A stretch of DNA of 64,000 nt from a virus (IMGVR_UViG_2830247124_000001:32001-96000), one strand, 5' to 3'; shown: positions 1 through 8,253, counted from the first letter of the stretch. Notes: generated from the sequence alone by a model not told the origin. Made by a program: numbers and translations.

Positions 1-238
1 ACTGGGCCTCTACGCTGCTGAACTTCTCCCGAGCAATTTCGGCGTACTCTTGAGAGTACCAAGCATCCTCGAACTCCAAGAGAATCTCGTACGTGTTGCC
101 ATCGCTGGAGAAGTGTATGACCTTGAAATCAGTCCCGATACGATGGTCCACGATCTCTTCGAAAAGGTCGCACGCTTCCTGGCTTCCTTCGGTCGTAAAA
201 GAGACTCGCGTCGAGTTTGGCTGTCGTGTGATGTCCAT
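1..238 (-). CDS. hypothetical early protein, runs off window edge (MDITRQPNSTRVSF...)
   Basis: Hand translation from ATG at 238 is open to the window edge; acidic; same strand as the array. Confidence 0.65.
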   Translation of the reverse strand, partial: MDITRQPNSTRVSFTTEGSQEACDLFEEIVDHRIGTDFKVIHFSSDGNTYEILLEFEDAWYSQEYAEIAREKFSSVEAQ

Positions 239-241
239 AGC

Positions 242-259
242 TTCAAAGAATTATTTGAG
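242..259. promoter_or_regulatory. 18-bp palindromic site
   Basis: TTCAAAGAATTATTTGAG, intergenic. Confidence 0.7.
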
Positions 260-274
260 TTACTACGTAGCAGG

Positions 275-568
275 TTACCGGTTGTAAAACGGAAGCTGTT
301 TCCAGTCATCTACTCCCTCGGGACACTCCGCGTCGTAGTGCTTGTCCGTGACAGGATCGTACACCCACTGGTGATTACCCCACTTGTCGTGGAGCACGTC
401 GTGGCCATCGATCTCACATCCGGTCATGCACGCCTTGTCGAAGGATTGCTGGACGCGATGAGCGAACTCCCCGCACATGCCTTGATTGATCTCCCTGGGA
501 GAGTGATTCCACTCCCAGTTTCTTAGAACGTCCAATACGATTTCTGTGACAGAGTTTGGTCTGCTCAT
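275..568 (-). CDS. hypothetical protein (MSRPNSVTE...)
   Basis: ORF 275..679 trimmed to the ATG at 568 that follows the repeat and ACCAGACCC leader; GxC...H...D motifs. Confidence 0.75.
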   Translation of the reverse strand: MSRPNSVTEIVLDVLRNWEWNHSPREINQGMCGEFAHRVQQSFDKACMTGCEIDGHDVLHDKWGNHQWVYDPVTDKHYDAECPEGVDDWKQLPFYNR

Positions 569-602
569 AGCGTGGTTAGTTTGGGTCTGGTAATGGGGTT
601 GA

Positions 603-682
603 ATTACCTCATGTGCGGGCTTATTTGCCTGCCGCATCGCACCCGCCGGTCCCGTTAGGGACCCACGGATGTCACTCACTCA
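603..682 (-). ncRNA. two-hairpin intergenic RNA element, copy 1
   Basis: UAAC hairpin, GCGAU linker, then GCGGC-AGGCAAAUAA-GCCCGC. Confidence 0.7.
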
Positions 683-892
683 CGAGTTGGATTCGACCGC
701 AACGATCAGGGACACGAAGGTCAGCAGGGAAAGCCCCATTAGAGCGGCAAGTCCGGTGCCGCTCTCGAACCCCATCGCGCTGAACGCTTCGTTGAATCCC
801 CACCCGATCAGGTATATCGCATACAATCCAGTCGGGATGCCGAAAAACGCTTTCAGAAAGGTTTTCATGAATCTCTTGTCTGCTTGAGTCAT
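680..892 (-). CDS. small two-TM membrane protein
   Basis: Two hydrophobic segments; start trimmed to MTQADK. Confidence 0.75.
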   Translation of the reverse strand: MTQADKRFMKTFLKAFFGIPTGLYAIYLIGWGFNEAFSAMGFESGTGLAALMGLSLLTFVSLIVAVESNS

Positions 893-925
893 GGGTCTGG
901 GTAATTCTGTCGTAGAGTATCGAAG

Positions 926-996
926 CGGGGACTTATTTGCGTGCCCCATCGCACCCGGCCCGTGATCGAACACGTTGCCGGGTGTCACTCACTCAC
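926..996 (-). ncRNA. two-hairpin RNA element, copy 2
   Basis: Long hairpin (loop UUCGAU) then GGGGC-ACGCAAAUAA-GUCCCC. Confidence 0.65.
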
Positions 997-1010
997 GCTC
1001 ACGCTAATCG

Positions 1011-1250
1011 CTACTCGAACGGGGAAACGTGCCCGTGATTGCCTCCACCTGGAAGCAACTCGGGGTCCTCCGCAAAGTTATCATCGTTCTCGGTGGCGAA
1101 GATGACTTCCCTTCGCTGGGCTCGGTAGATCGTGATGTCACGGTACACCTCGGTCGTGAAGTCTGCGAGATAGTCGCGCAATTCGTCCAGCTTGTCTTGC
1201 GCTTCGCCCTCTGTTTCGGCGTCAATTTCGGCAGTCAGAAGAACCTTCAT
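1011..1250 (-). CDS. acidic hypothetical protein
   Basis: ORF trimmed to MKVLL after the ACCAGACCC leader. Confidence 0.75.
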   Translation of the reverse strand: MKVLLTAEIDAETEGEAQDKLDELRDYLADFTTEVYRDITIYRAQRREVIFATENDDNFAEDPELLPGGGNHGHVSPFE

Positions 1251-1280
1251 GGTTTGGGTCTGGTGTGGTTCGTAGAACAT

Positions 1281-1346
1281 TGAGACGAGGGCTTATTGGC
1301 TTGCCCCATCGCACCCACCACCCCCGTTAGGGGGTCATGGGTCTCA
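1281..1346 (-). ncRNA. two-hairpin RNA element, copy 3
   Basis: CCCC-UAAC-GGGG hairpin then AAGCCAAUAA loop. Confidence 0.7.
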
Positions 1347-1370
1347 CTCACTCACTCACTCACTCACTCA
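1343..1370 (-). repeat. (TGAG)7 microsatellite overlapping a stop codon
   Basis: (CTCA)7 on the + strand. Confidence 0.9.
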
Positions 1371-1819
1371 CGGTGATTCCGTCGCATACGCTCGGCCTCC
1401 TCGTATTCACGCTCGAAGGGGCCTGTCGTCCGCTCCCCGTCTACGGACTTCTGAATCAGACCGATCACGCCCTCCACGGTCTGGCGACCGTAGGGCTCTT
1501 GACGGAGGGGCGTGTCGGCCTCGAAGAGACCCGCGCTCCCCATCGTGTACTTCCCACGCTTGAGGCTGATCGAACGCCCGCTCTCGAAGCGGATGAAGGC
1601 GTGCCCGTGAATGTCCCCCACCTCACCGTCGTAACCGACGGAATCAATCTCGGGGATACGGATCGCCCGAAGGGTCTCCACCATCTCCGGAAACGTGAGA
1701 GTAACGCGGGTGCCTTCGCCCAGGCAATTCACGCACTCGCCCTCGTGATTGTCCAGGGACGTTTCGCCGGTGCCTTCGCAATCGCTGCACTGTACCAAGG
1801 TCGTCTTTTCGATGTCCAT
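1364..1819 (-). CDS. protein with DnaJ-type CxxCxGxG zinc finger
   Basis: CSDCEGTG and CVNCLGEG. Confidence 0.8.
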   Translation of the reverse strand: MDIEKTTLVQCSDCEGTGETSLDNHEGECVNCLGEGTRVTLTFPEMVETLRAIRIPEIDSVGYDGEVGDIHGHAFIRFESGRSISLKRGKYTMGSAGLFEADTPLRQEPYGRQTVEGVIGLIQKSVDGERTTGPFEREYEEAERMRRNHRE

Positions 1820-1837
1820 AGGAATGGGGGTGTTGAA

Positions 1838-1855
1838 TTCAAAGAATTCTGTGAG
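1838..1855. promoter_or_regulatory. 18-bp palindromic site
   Basis: TTCAAAGAATTCTGTGAG. Confidence 0.7.
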
Positions 1856-1926
1856 TTACCTCGTGCGGACTTATTTGCGTGCCGCGTCGTACCCAGGAGG
1901 ACCGTTAGGTCCCCGTGGGTGTCACT
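1852..1926 (-). ncRNA. two-hairpin RNA element, copy 4
   Basis: GGACC-UAAC-GGUCC, ACGCAAAUAA loop, then GAG-GUAA-CUC. Confidence 0.7.
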
Positions 1927-1928
1927 GG

Positions 1929-2168
1929 CTATTCGTTCGGGCCGAGAAAGGCGTTGACGTTGTCGTACTTCGGTTGGTTATTCTCCTCCGTGATAATGAG
2001 ATTCTGCTCTTCGTCCACCATCTCGACGCGGAGACGACCGTCGTCTCTATCGAGACTGATGTAGATACTTCTTGGCCCATCTTTGATTTTGATGACCTCT
2101 CCTACGGAGACTTCTACCTCTCGCTCGTGATTTTCGTGCGAGTCAACGAGTGTCACTTGCTTGCTCAT
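1929..2168 (-). CDS. hypothetical protein
   Basis: 79-aa acidic ORF between two elements. Confidence 0.75.
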   Translation of the reverse strand: MSKQVTLVDSHENHEREVEVSVGEVIKIKDGPRSIYISLDRDDGRLRVEMVDEEQNLIITEENNQPKYDNVNAFLGPNE

Positions 2169-2207
2169 GTCGGTGTGGGGTTGATACCTGAGTAAGTGAG
2201 TCGCCTA

Positions 2208-2270
2208 CGGCGGACTTATTGGCTTGCCACCATCGCACCCACCGGACCCGTTAGGGTCCAGCAGGTGTCT
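2208..2270 (-). ncRNA. two-hairpin RNA element, copy 5
   Basis: 14-bp stem with 3 G-U pairs and UAAC loop; AAGCCAAUAA loop. Confidence 0.75.
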
Positions 2271-2281
2271 GTTATTGCAAG

Positions 2282-3025
2282 TTACGCCGCTACCGCTTCG
2301 CGGAGAACCTTCGGGGTACGAGCTATCTTCTGCTCGGCAAATTCGCGCTGATCGATGGGGCGCTCGTCGCCATCGAAGCGTGGAGCCGAGTGCATCCAGG
2401 CGATTTGCGCAATTGCCTCGGTTGCCAGGATGCTCAGTGCGTCGTCGCCGGTGAACATCTGAGCGTGGGCGTTCCAGGTTCTCCATTCACCCTTGAGGGT
2501 GAACGGCGCGTTTTCCGATCCCAGGTGGACGTGACCCAGGATGTCGTGGATCCAGCGAAATATGTCGTTGTGTAGCATCCTCCGTCCGTTGGCATCGGTG
2601 AACCGCGAAGGGTTCGTGAGGGGGTGGTCTGCCGGGAAATCGCCGGTGCCGGTGCTCATGACCGGCAGGTGCTGGTGATTGCGGACGTGAGTTACCATGC
2701 CCTCGGCGCTGTCGAATGGGTCGCGGTCTACGACCTCGGCCTTGTAGCCGAACGCCCGGAGGAGCCGAAACTGCTGCCCCAACTGCTCGGTGAACTCGCC
2801 GTAGGCGTCTACGACCTTGCGCCGATCCACTTCGCTGGGCCGCCGGTCTGCGCCCTCGAACCACCGGGCGAGCGAACGGATTGCGTCCGAGTCTGGAACC
2901 TGATGTTGGAATGAGTAATCCACCGTAGGTGAATCGCCCAGGACGTGGATGCGGTAGTGACGAACGATGTTTTCGAGCCGTTCGGACGTGCCGTGAGCGA
3001 TTCGCGTTTTCGTGAGCGTAGCCAT
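2282..3025 (-). CDS. conserved phage protein with FRxxHDxxGH...GE...H motif (putative metal-dependent hydrolase)
   Basis: IFRWIHDILGH...FTLKGEWRTWNAH...ATE. Confidence 0.7.
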   Translation of the reverse strand: MATLTKTRIAHGTSERLENIVRHYRIHVLGDSPTVDYSFQHQVPDSDAIRSLARWFEGADRRPSEVDRRKVVDAYGEFTEQLGQQFRLLRAFGYKAEVVDRDPFDSAEGMVTHVRNHQHLPVMSTGTGDFPADHPLTNPSRFTDANGRRMLHNDIFRWIHDILGHVHLGSENAPFTLKGEWRTWNAHAQMFTGDDALSILATEAIAQIAWMHSAPRFDGDERPIDQREFAEQKIARTPKVLREAVAA

Positions 3026-3103
3026 GAGTGTTTGCGGGTCTGGTAGTGAGCGAGTGAAAGGGAGCGGGCCAGTGTCGCCCGATCCCCAATGATGCTATAA
3101 GCC

Positions 3104-3132
3104 AATGTAAGAATTCCAGATGAGAATGTCAA
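3104..3132 (-). promoter_or_regulatory. sigma70-like early promoter
   Basis: TTGACA-N17-TACATT on the minus strand. Confidence 0.8.
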
Positions 3133-3761
3133 GCCTCGATCCAATTGCGGGCGGTTGTCCACACGACCGCTTGAGCTTGTGCTGGCTCGATTCCGTGCAG
3201 GGTGGCCAGCATCTCGACCGCACGGCTGATCGAGCGTCGTGCGTTGCCCGTGATGCTCTTGATGTCGAAATCAGCGAGCTTGAACATCCACGAGTCAACC
3301 GTCACCGGCGTGAGATTCCCGTTTAGGTTCTCGGTGAAGGGCTGAACCTTCGCCCCGGAAGGATGCGCCTGATCGTCCCCGTCCAGGTACTTGATCGCCT
3401 GGGTAGCGTTGTTCCGGTACGTAGTGTACCTCGAAGAAACCTCTACCTTCCAGGTGTAGGGGTAATCGTCCCAGACCTCTACGAGCTTGCTCAGACCGGA
3501 CATATTCGCGGTCCAGTTCGTCATGGGCGAGAGGATCGCCGCCGCACCCGCCATTCGCTCGGTGCTCACGCCAATCCTGCGAGCTAACTCGGAGCATCGC
3601 TCGTTGGCCTTCGGGTACCACTCAAGGCCGTTCTCGAAGGGTGTCTCAAGCCTCTCCCCAACCCGCATGATCTTGCGGTAGCGGTTGAAGCACGAGAACG
3701 TGCGTGATCGCTCTTTGCGGTTGATGCAGCTACTGGTGTCGATGATGTCGGAATCGTACAT
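3129..3761 (-). CDS. conserved phage protein, possible HhH-GPD/glycosylase-like fold (DUF7178-like)
   Basis: WY...AAILSP...W..N...GAKV..F..NL.G...VTVDSW...QAVVW pattern; start trimmed to MYDSD. Confidence 0.65.
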   Translation of the reverse strand: MYDSDIIDTSSCINRKERSRTFSCFNRYRKIMRVGERLETPFENGLEWYPKANERCSELARRIGVSTERMAGAAAILSPMTNWTANMSGLSKLVEVWDDYPYTWKVEVSSRYTTYRNNATQAIKYLDGDDQAHPSGAKVQPFTENLNGNLTPVTVDSWMFKLADFDIKSITGNARRSISRAVEMLATLHGIEPAQAQAVVWTTARNWIEA

Positions 3762-3820
3762 GATCGCGTCTGATTTTCGTGAGTGAGAGTAGGGCGCTGT
3801 TGCTTCCAACGCTATAACCC

Positions 3821-3849
3821 AATGTAAGAATTCAACATCGGGATGTCAA
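3821..3849 (-). promoter_or_regulatory. sigma70-like early promoter
   Basis: TTGACA-N17-TACATT. Confidence 0.8.
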
Positions 3850-3852
3850 ACT

Positions 3853-3906
3853 GGGGGTTATTTGCGTGCCCATAGGCCCCACCGGGCGAATGAACGCCCG
3901 ATGGGA
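3853..3906 (-). ncRNA. two-hairpin RNA element, copy 6 (slightly degenerate)
   Basis: CGGGCG-UUCAUU-CGCCCG hairpin then ACGCAAAUAA. Confidence 0.6.
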
Positions 3907-3924
3907 CTCAAAGAATTCTGTGAG
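3907..3924. promoter_or_regulatory. 18-bp palindromic site
   Basis: CTCAAAGAATTCTGTGAG, 1 nt from a stop codon. Confidence 0.7.
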
Positions 3925-3925
3925 A

Positions 3926-4186
3926 CTACTTCGAGAAAATGACCTGCTCGTCGAGGGACGGCGTGTCGGGTGGGCCTTGGCCGTGATACGTGCGCTCCCC
4001 AGGCGATTCGCGCTCGTTCAAGGCGTCACGGAAGGCTGTGCGCTTGATGACGGATGCCTTCGCGCCCGAACCCGATCCTGGAGTGTGTGTCTCCATGCGC
4101 TCCAATTCGCGCTCGGCCTCACGAAAGGGCATATCGAACGCTTCGTCCTTGAATTTCTCGTATCGGGGGTCTGTTACTGGTCCCAT
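3926..4186 (-). CDS. hypothetical protein
   Basis: 86-aa ORF in the array. Confidence 0.7.
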   Translation of the reverse strand: MGPVTDPRYEKFKDEAFDMPFREAERELERMETHTPGSGSGAKASVIKRTAFRDALNERESPGERTYHGQGPPDTPSLDEQVIFSK

Positions 4187-4228
4187 AGGGACAGGGGGGT
4201 TTGTGTGAGTGAGTGATTTACTTTCTAC

Positions 4229-4286
4229 GGAGGGCTTATTGGCTTGCCTCCATCGTGCCCGCCAGTCCCGCTAGGGACCGGCAGGC
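4229..4286 (-). ncRNA. two-hairpin RNA element, copy 7
   Basis: GCCUGCCGGUCCC-UAGC-GGGACUGGCGGGC ACGAU GGAGGC-AAGCCAAUAA-GCCCUCC. Confidence 0.75.
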
Positions 4287-4294
4287 AGGATCCC

Positions 4295-4441
4295 CTACGA
4301 GAACGCCGGTCGCGCCTCGTAGCTTCGTCCGTAGCTGTCAAGAATCTCCGTCAAGCGGGCGAGTGTGTCCGGGTCGCTGGCACGGAACGCTTTCGTGGCC
4401 GTCGTGATCTCGAACGTGTGGTTTGCGCCTCGGTGGTTCAT
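4295..4441 (-). CDS. 48-aa hypothetical protein (not in ORF track)
   Basis: MNHRGANHTFEITTATKAFRASDPDTLARLTEILDSYGRSYEARPAFS; fills the slot between two elements and has the ACCAGACCC leader. Confidence 0.7.
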   Translation of the reverse strand: MNHRGANHTFEITTATKAFRASDPDTLARLTEILDSYGRSYEARPAFS

Positions 4442-4487
4442 AGTGGTTTAGGGTCTGGTAGATTCACTGTAAGTGAAAGTCGTCTAC

Positions 4488-4545
4488 TGGGCACTGGCTG
4501 GCCCGGTCGTGCCCGCCAGCCTCGTTAGAGGCTCACGGGCGGGGG
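4488..4545 (-). ncRNA. two-hairpin RNA element, copy 8 (variant loop)
   Basis: AGCCUC-UAAC-GAGGCU then GGGC-CAGCCAGU-GCCC. Confidence 0.65.
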
Positions 4546-4547
4546 TG

Positions 4548-5132
4548 TTACTCGCTCCAAGCGTCAGCGAGTTGGTCCTTCGTGATGTCGTCGGGGGCGA
4601 ACATGCCACCCACTTCGTGATACCTGCCACCGGCTTTCAGATCCGTGCGGACGTAGAACTCCGCGTGCTCCTGATCGGGACGTGTAATGCGCTTGAACAT
4701 AGCCCCGGTGACACCCTTTACGGTGAATTTCTCAACGGTCTTCGTGCCCTTCCGGTCTATGCTCGGACTTCGCTTGACATCCGGCCACGAGAGATCGAAG
4801 CACACGTCCGGAAAGTGCGGGTTGATCTCGTCTATGAACTCAAAGACTTCGTCCTTGAGAGCGAGGTATGTGTCTTTAGACACCGCACGCATGTACTCAA
4901 CATCTCCGGTGATTTCAGACTCCGGAAATTCACGCACGGCGATCACTTCGACCTCGACGGTGCGACCGTACCGGCCATCGTGTGTCTTGAACTGGATCTC
5001 GGGAAACACCTCGGTGCCGTCGTCGAGGACGACCCCTTCGAGGGTCTGCATCGCAAACCGACCCTCGTTCGTGATGCCATCATGTGCGACGAGACGGCTC
5101 ATCAGGTTCATGCTCAGGTTAGTGTTTTCCAT
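4548..5132 (-). CDS. hypothetical protein
   Basis: ORF trimmed to MENTNL; acidic. Confidence 0.8.
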   Translation of the reverse strand: MENTNLSMNLMSRLVAHDGITNEGRFAMQTLEGVVLDDGTEVFPEIQFKTHDGRYGRTVEVEVIAVREFPESEITGDVEYMRAVSKDTYLALKDEVFEFIDEINPHFPDVCFDLSWPDVKRSPSIDRKGTKTVEKFTVKGVTGAMFKRITRPDQEHAEFYVRTDLKAGGRYHEVGGMFAPDDITKDQLADAWSE

Positions 5133-5164
5133 CGTATCGATTACGTAGTAATGGGAGTGAGTGT

Positions 5165-5235
5165 GAGTTACCTCGTATGAGGGCTTATTGGCTTGCCTCA
5201 TCGTGCCCACTGGTCCCGTTAGGGACCGGCGGGCG
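5165..5235 (-). ncRNA. two-hairpin RNA element, copy 9
   Basis: UAAC hairpin, AUGAGGC-AAGCCAAUAA-GCCCUCAU, then GAG-GUAA-CUC. Confidence 0.75.
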
Positions 5236-5241
5236 GTTGCC

Positions 5242-5523
5242 TTAGTTGATCGAGTCGATGAAATTCATGAACCGCATGGCGTGACGATCACACGAGAACG
5301 TGATTCGCACGTCTCCGCTTTCGAGAATCTCTACGACCGGGGGGTCTATCGGGTCGCCCAGGTCGTGCGATCCTGCACGGAAGTTCAGCGCATTGACCAC
5401 GTCAGTGATGATCGAGGGCCAATCACGCATGTACGTGGTCGTGAGCTTGACTGCGTGATTCGTGCGCCTTGCCGCCGCCTTTTCCAGCGTGCCGAGTGAG
5501 GATGTTGCTTCGGAAGTAGCCAT
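5242..5523 (-). CDS. hypothetical protein
   Basis: 93-aa ORF downstream of a promoter. Confidence 0.7.
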   Translation of the reverse strand: MATSEATSSLGTLEKAAARRTNHAVKLTTTYMRDWPSIITDVVNALNFRAGSHDLGDPIDPPVVEILESGDVRITFSCDRHAMRFMNFIDSIN

Positions 5524-5579
5524 AACGCGAGTGTATGTGTTCGAGTGAGTGAGAACCCCGCCCCGTCAACGTAGAAACC

Positions 5580-5608
5580 AATGTAAGAATTCAAACATCG
5601 GCTGTCAA
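5580..5608 (-). promoter_or_regulatory. sigma70-like early promoter
   Basis: TTGACA-N17-TACATT. Confidence 0.8.
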
Positions 5609-5629
5609 GTCGGCCCGAAGGGCCTGCGC

Positions 5630-5827
5630 CTACTGCGCCCACGGGTCGCTGCGCCGTATGCGAGAGGCTCGGTGCTGGGCATCTTCGCGGATGCGCTTTT
5701 CACGGGCGCTCTCTTCGCGGCATCGCAGGCACAATTCGCCTTCGAGTTGAGCGATGTGAGTCTCTTCGCCGCATTGAACGCAGCGAAGATAATCCATCGA
5801 GTCGAGTTGTTCTTGGGATAGATCCAT
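5630..5827 (-). CDS. small zinc-finger protein
   Basis: CVQC...CLRC. Confidence 0.75.
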   Translation of the reverse strand: MDLSQEQLDSMDYLRCVQCGEETHIAQLEGELCLRCREESAREKRIREDAQHRASRIRRSDPWAQ

Positions 5828-5872
5828 AGCGTGATGCTTCGTGTGAGCGTTAGTGAGTGGACACTGCTGGTA

Positions 5873-6136
5873 CTAAAGACCACCACGGCCCATAGGGCCG
5901 AATACGTAGTGCGTCGGAATCAGCACCAGCACGTCCTCGCCATCGTAGGTGTACGTGTAGACCTTGTCGCCGCTTCTCCAAGCAAGGCGCGAGTCTGCGT
6001 CCGGGTCGAGGTGCAGGATCTCTTTGTACTTTCGGTCCCATAGGGACCGAACGGTTTCATGAGCCTCCGTAAGCGAATCGCCCGCGACGACTGGTTCTTG
6101 CTTCGGGCCAGTCAGGTTCACCAGATAATACTCCAT
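5873..6136 (-). CDS. hypothetical protein
   Basis: Trimmed to MEYYLV after the CACACGAAGCA leader. Confidence 0.75.
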   Translation of the reverse strand: MEYYLVNLTGPKQEPVVAGDSLTEAHETVRSLWDRKYKEILHLDPDADSRLAWRSGDKVYTYTYDGEDVLVLIPTHYVFGPMGRGGL

Positions 6137-6170
6137 GACGTGTACGTGTAATGCTTCGTGTGAGTGATAG

Positions 6171-6243
6171 CGAGTTACCTCCGTGGTGGGCTTATTGGCT
6201 TGCCACCGGCGAACCCAACGGGCGAAGCAACGCCCGATGGGTT
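6171..6243 (-). ncRNA. two-hairpin RNA element, copy 10
   Basis: UUGCUU-loop hairpin then GGUGGC-AAGCCAAUAA-GCCCACC. Confidence 0.75.
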
Positions 6244-6260
6244 TCAAAGAATTCTTTGAG
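6243..6260. promoter_or_regulatory. 18-bp palindromic site
   Basis: TTCAAAGAATTCTTTGAG. Confidence 0.7.
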
Positions 6261-6261
6261 T

Positions 6262-6558
6262 TCAGAGCTTCGTGGGTCCCGTTACGTGGACACCCTTCAC
6301 GCGGAACAGGTACTCATCCCCGTCCCAGCGAACCGTGATCGTGTCGCGGGGATCGAAAATCTCGGAGCACTGGTGCAGACCGTAAAGGTCTGTGTAAAGG
6401 CGCTCCACCGGGCCTTGGTCGTCTACGGCATTGTCCTCGGTGACGTAGAACTGCCAGGATCCGGTGTTGATGTACTCTCCTTCGGAGTCGTGCAGGTGAA
6501 AGCTGCAAAACGGCGGCTCAGGGGTCGTAGCGTCGATTGCTTCGAGGGTGTATCTCAT
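6262..6558 (-). CDS. hypothetical protein
   Basis: Trimmed to MRYTLE. Confidence 0.75.
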   Translation of the reverse strand: MRYTLEAIDATTPEPPFCSFHLHDSEGEYINTGSWQFYVTEDNAVDDQGPVERLYTDLYGLHQCSEIFDPRDTITVRWDGDEYLFRVKGVHVTGPTKL

Positions 6559-6598
6559 GGCGTGATGCTTCGTGTGTGAGTGAGAGTGAGTTACCTCG

Positions 6599-6946
6599 TT
6601 AGAGGTTGGCCCGCCAGTCCGTAGGGAGACTGGCAATTTCTCGCATCGTCTCTACGAGACGCTCCACAGACACGGGTCCCTCCACGCCGATGTCTTCGCG
6701 GCTGACAACGTCTCCATCGTAGATGATGCTGCCTGATCTATCGATCATGGCGATCTCGTAGTTCGAGTCGTCGGTGTTGTAAGCCATTTCTCCCTGGATG
6801 ATGCTAATGCCGTAGCCATTAGCAAACCAGACTCGCACTTGATCTGGAGCGTGGTCACGCTGGTTGAACTCCGTGTCGATGACCGGTAGGTCATGCAACT
6901 GCTCGGAGAACCAATCTTCGGTGTCTGAAACGACGGAATCTATCAT
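6599..6946 (-). CDS. conserved phage hypothetical protein (F.NGYG.S...YE.A motif)
   Basis: WFANGYGISII...YEIAMI; start trimmed to MIDSVV. Confidence 0.75.
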   Translation of the reverse strand: MIDSVVSDTEDWFSEQLHDLPVIDTEFNQRDHAPDQVRVWFANGYGISIIQGEMAYNTDDSNYEIAMIDRSGSIIYDGDVVSREDIGVEGPVSVERLVETMREIASLPTDWRANL

Positions 6947-6983
6947 GGCGCAATTGCTTCGTGTGATGAGGGAGTGAGTGACT

Positions 6984-7040
6984 GAGGACTTATTGGCTTG
7001 CCTCGTCGCTTCCACCGGGCGAAGCAACGCCCGATGGAAG
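6984..7040 (-). ncRNA. two-hairpin RNA element, copy 11
   Basis: CUUCCAUCGGGCG-UUGCUU-CGCCCGGUGGAAG CGAC GAGGC-AAGCCAAUAA-GUCCUC. Confidence 0.75.
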
Positions 7041-7057
7041 TCAAAGAATTCTGTGAG
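7040..7057. promoter_or_regulatory. 18-bp palindromic site
   Basis: GTCAAAGAATTCTGTGAG. Confidence 0.7.
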
Positions 7058-7059
7058 AG

Positions 7060-7566
7060 TTACTGCTCGATCAGGTACATCTGCTCGCAATCCCGGACGG
7101 TCTGGTGCGGGAAGAGCGCCTCGGTCTCGTAGTCGGTGCCACGATCCTCGTCGATGACGGCCAGAGGGTAGTAAGCTACCCTTGTGAGGGGCTGTGGCCG
7201 CCCCATCACGCCTGCCTTGTCATCGTAGACCCAGGCCGTCCACTTCGATGTCTCGTTAGAGACCTCGTTGGCAAACCAAGGCGGAAGTGCGAGATCGTAG
7301 TGCCCCTTCGAGATTCCGAGCGTATCTTCCACGACGGCCTCGGCCAGATCACCTACGGTGCGGATCTGCTCCGCGAGCTTGAGTGATCTCGCCCCCGCCT
7401 TGCTCTTGCGGAGGTGCAGTGGACCACGCCCGTCATCCACGTCCAGGGACACGAACCCTGGGATTTCCTTGGACTGCTTGATGGACTTGACGTAGAACAC
7501 TTTCTCGCCGTCGTAGACGATCTCGCCTTCGAAGGACTCGCTAAGGGTGTCGATTAGGTCTTGCAT
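7060..7566 (-). CDS. hypothetical protein
   Basis: 168-aa ORF in the array. Confidence 0.8.
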   Translation of the reverse strand: MQDLIDTLSESFEGEIVYDGEKVFYVKSIKQSKEIPGFVSLDVDDGRGPLHLRKSKAGARSLKLAEQIRTVGDLAEAVVEDTLGISKGHYDLALPPWFANEVSNETSKWTAWVYDDKAGVMGRPQPLTRVAYYPLAVIDEDRGTDYETEALFPHQTVRDCEQMYLIEQ

Positions 7567-7593
7567 AGCAACTTTGGCTTCGTGAGTGAGAGT

Positions 7594-7660
7594 GAGTTAC
7601 CTCGTGGGCACTGGCTGGCCCAAGCGAACCCCACGAGCGAATTAACGCCCGCCGGGTTGA
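7594..7660 (-). ncRNA. two-hairpin RNA element, copy 12 (variant loop)
   Basis: UUAAUU-loop hairpin, GGGC-CAGCCAGU-GCCC, then GUAA hairpin. Confidence 0.65.
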
Positions 7661-7665
7661 CGTGA

Positions 7666-7902
7666 CTACGTGAACAGCGAGTTCAGGACCTTCGCGGCGG
7701 CGGAATCTTCGCCGTTGGCCCACCGCAAGTTTTGGAGATACTCTACGGGGTCCTCGTGCTTGATCGCCTCTGCGATGACCTCTCGCTGGTCGGAATAGTC
7801 GTTGTTCGGGGTGGCATTAGCCACCAACTGCTCCTCCATCGAGCGGAGGACGTTGCGCGTCATCTCGTGCGGATCGTCGAATACCGGTTCGTGGAGTTCC
7901 AT
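7666..7902 (-). CDS. hypothetical protein
   Basis: Trimmed to MELHEP. Confidence 0.75.
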   Translation of the reverse strand: MELHEPVFDDPHEMTRNVLRSMEEQLVANATPNNDYSDQREVIAEAIKHEDPVEYLQNLRWANGEDSAAAKVLNSLFT

Positions 7903-7962
7903 GGCTACGTGTGATCGTGTGAGTGTGAGTGAAAGCCGTCGGCCTCTGCCAACGGATGAACC

Positions 7963-7991
7963 AATGTAAGAACCCAACTCTGGAATTCCAA
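7963..7991 (-). promoter_or_regulatory. sigma70-like early promoter
   Basis: TTGGAA-N17-TACATT. Confidence 0.7.
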
Positions 7992-8010
7992 ATCCTCTGG
8001 CCCCGCAGTG

Positions 8011-8253
8011 CTACGCGAGAGAGTCGAGCGTGTCCTCAAGCGTGCAGGTAAGCCGCAACGCGGCATCGCGGGTCCCCTGGTGGTCGGACTCCATCCGAGA
8101 CTCAAGGTACTCCATAGGAGTAAGGCTGGAAGGATCGTCGATGGCCTCCTTCGCCACGCGCTGGATCGTGCCTGCACGGGTGGTTCGCCTGCCGGATTCA
8201 GCGATCTTGTGACGGAAATACCGAAGTATTTTTTCTTGCTTGGATTCACTCAT
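8011..8253 (-). CDS. hypothetical protein
   Basis: 80-aa ORF. Confidence 0.7.
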   Translation of the reverse strand: MSESKQEKILRYFRHKIAESGRRTTRAGTIQRVAKEAIDDPSSLTPMEYLESRMESDHQGTRDAALRLTCTLEDTLDSLA

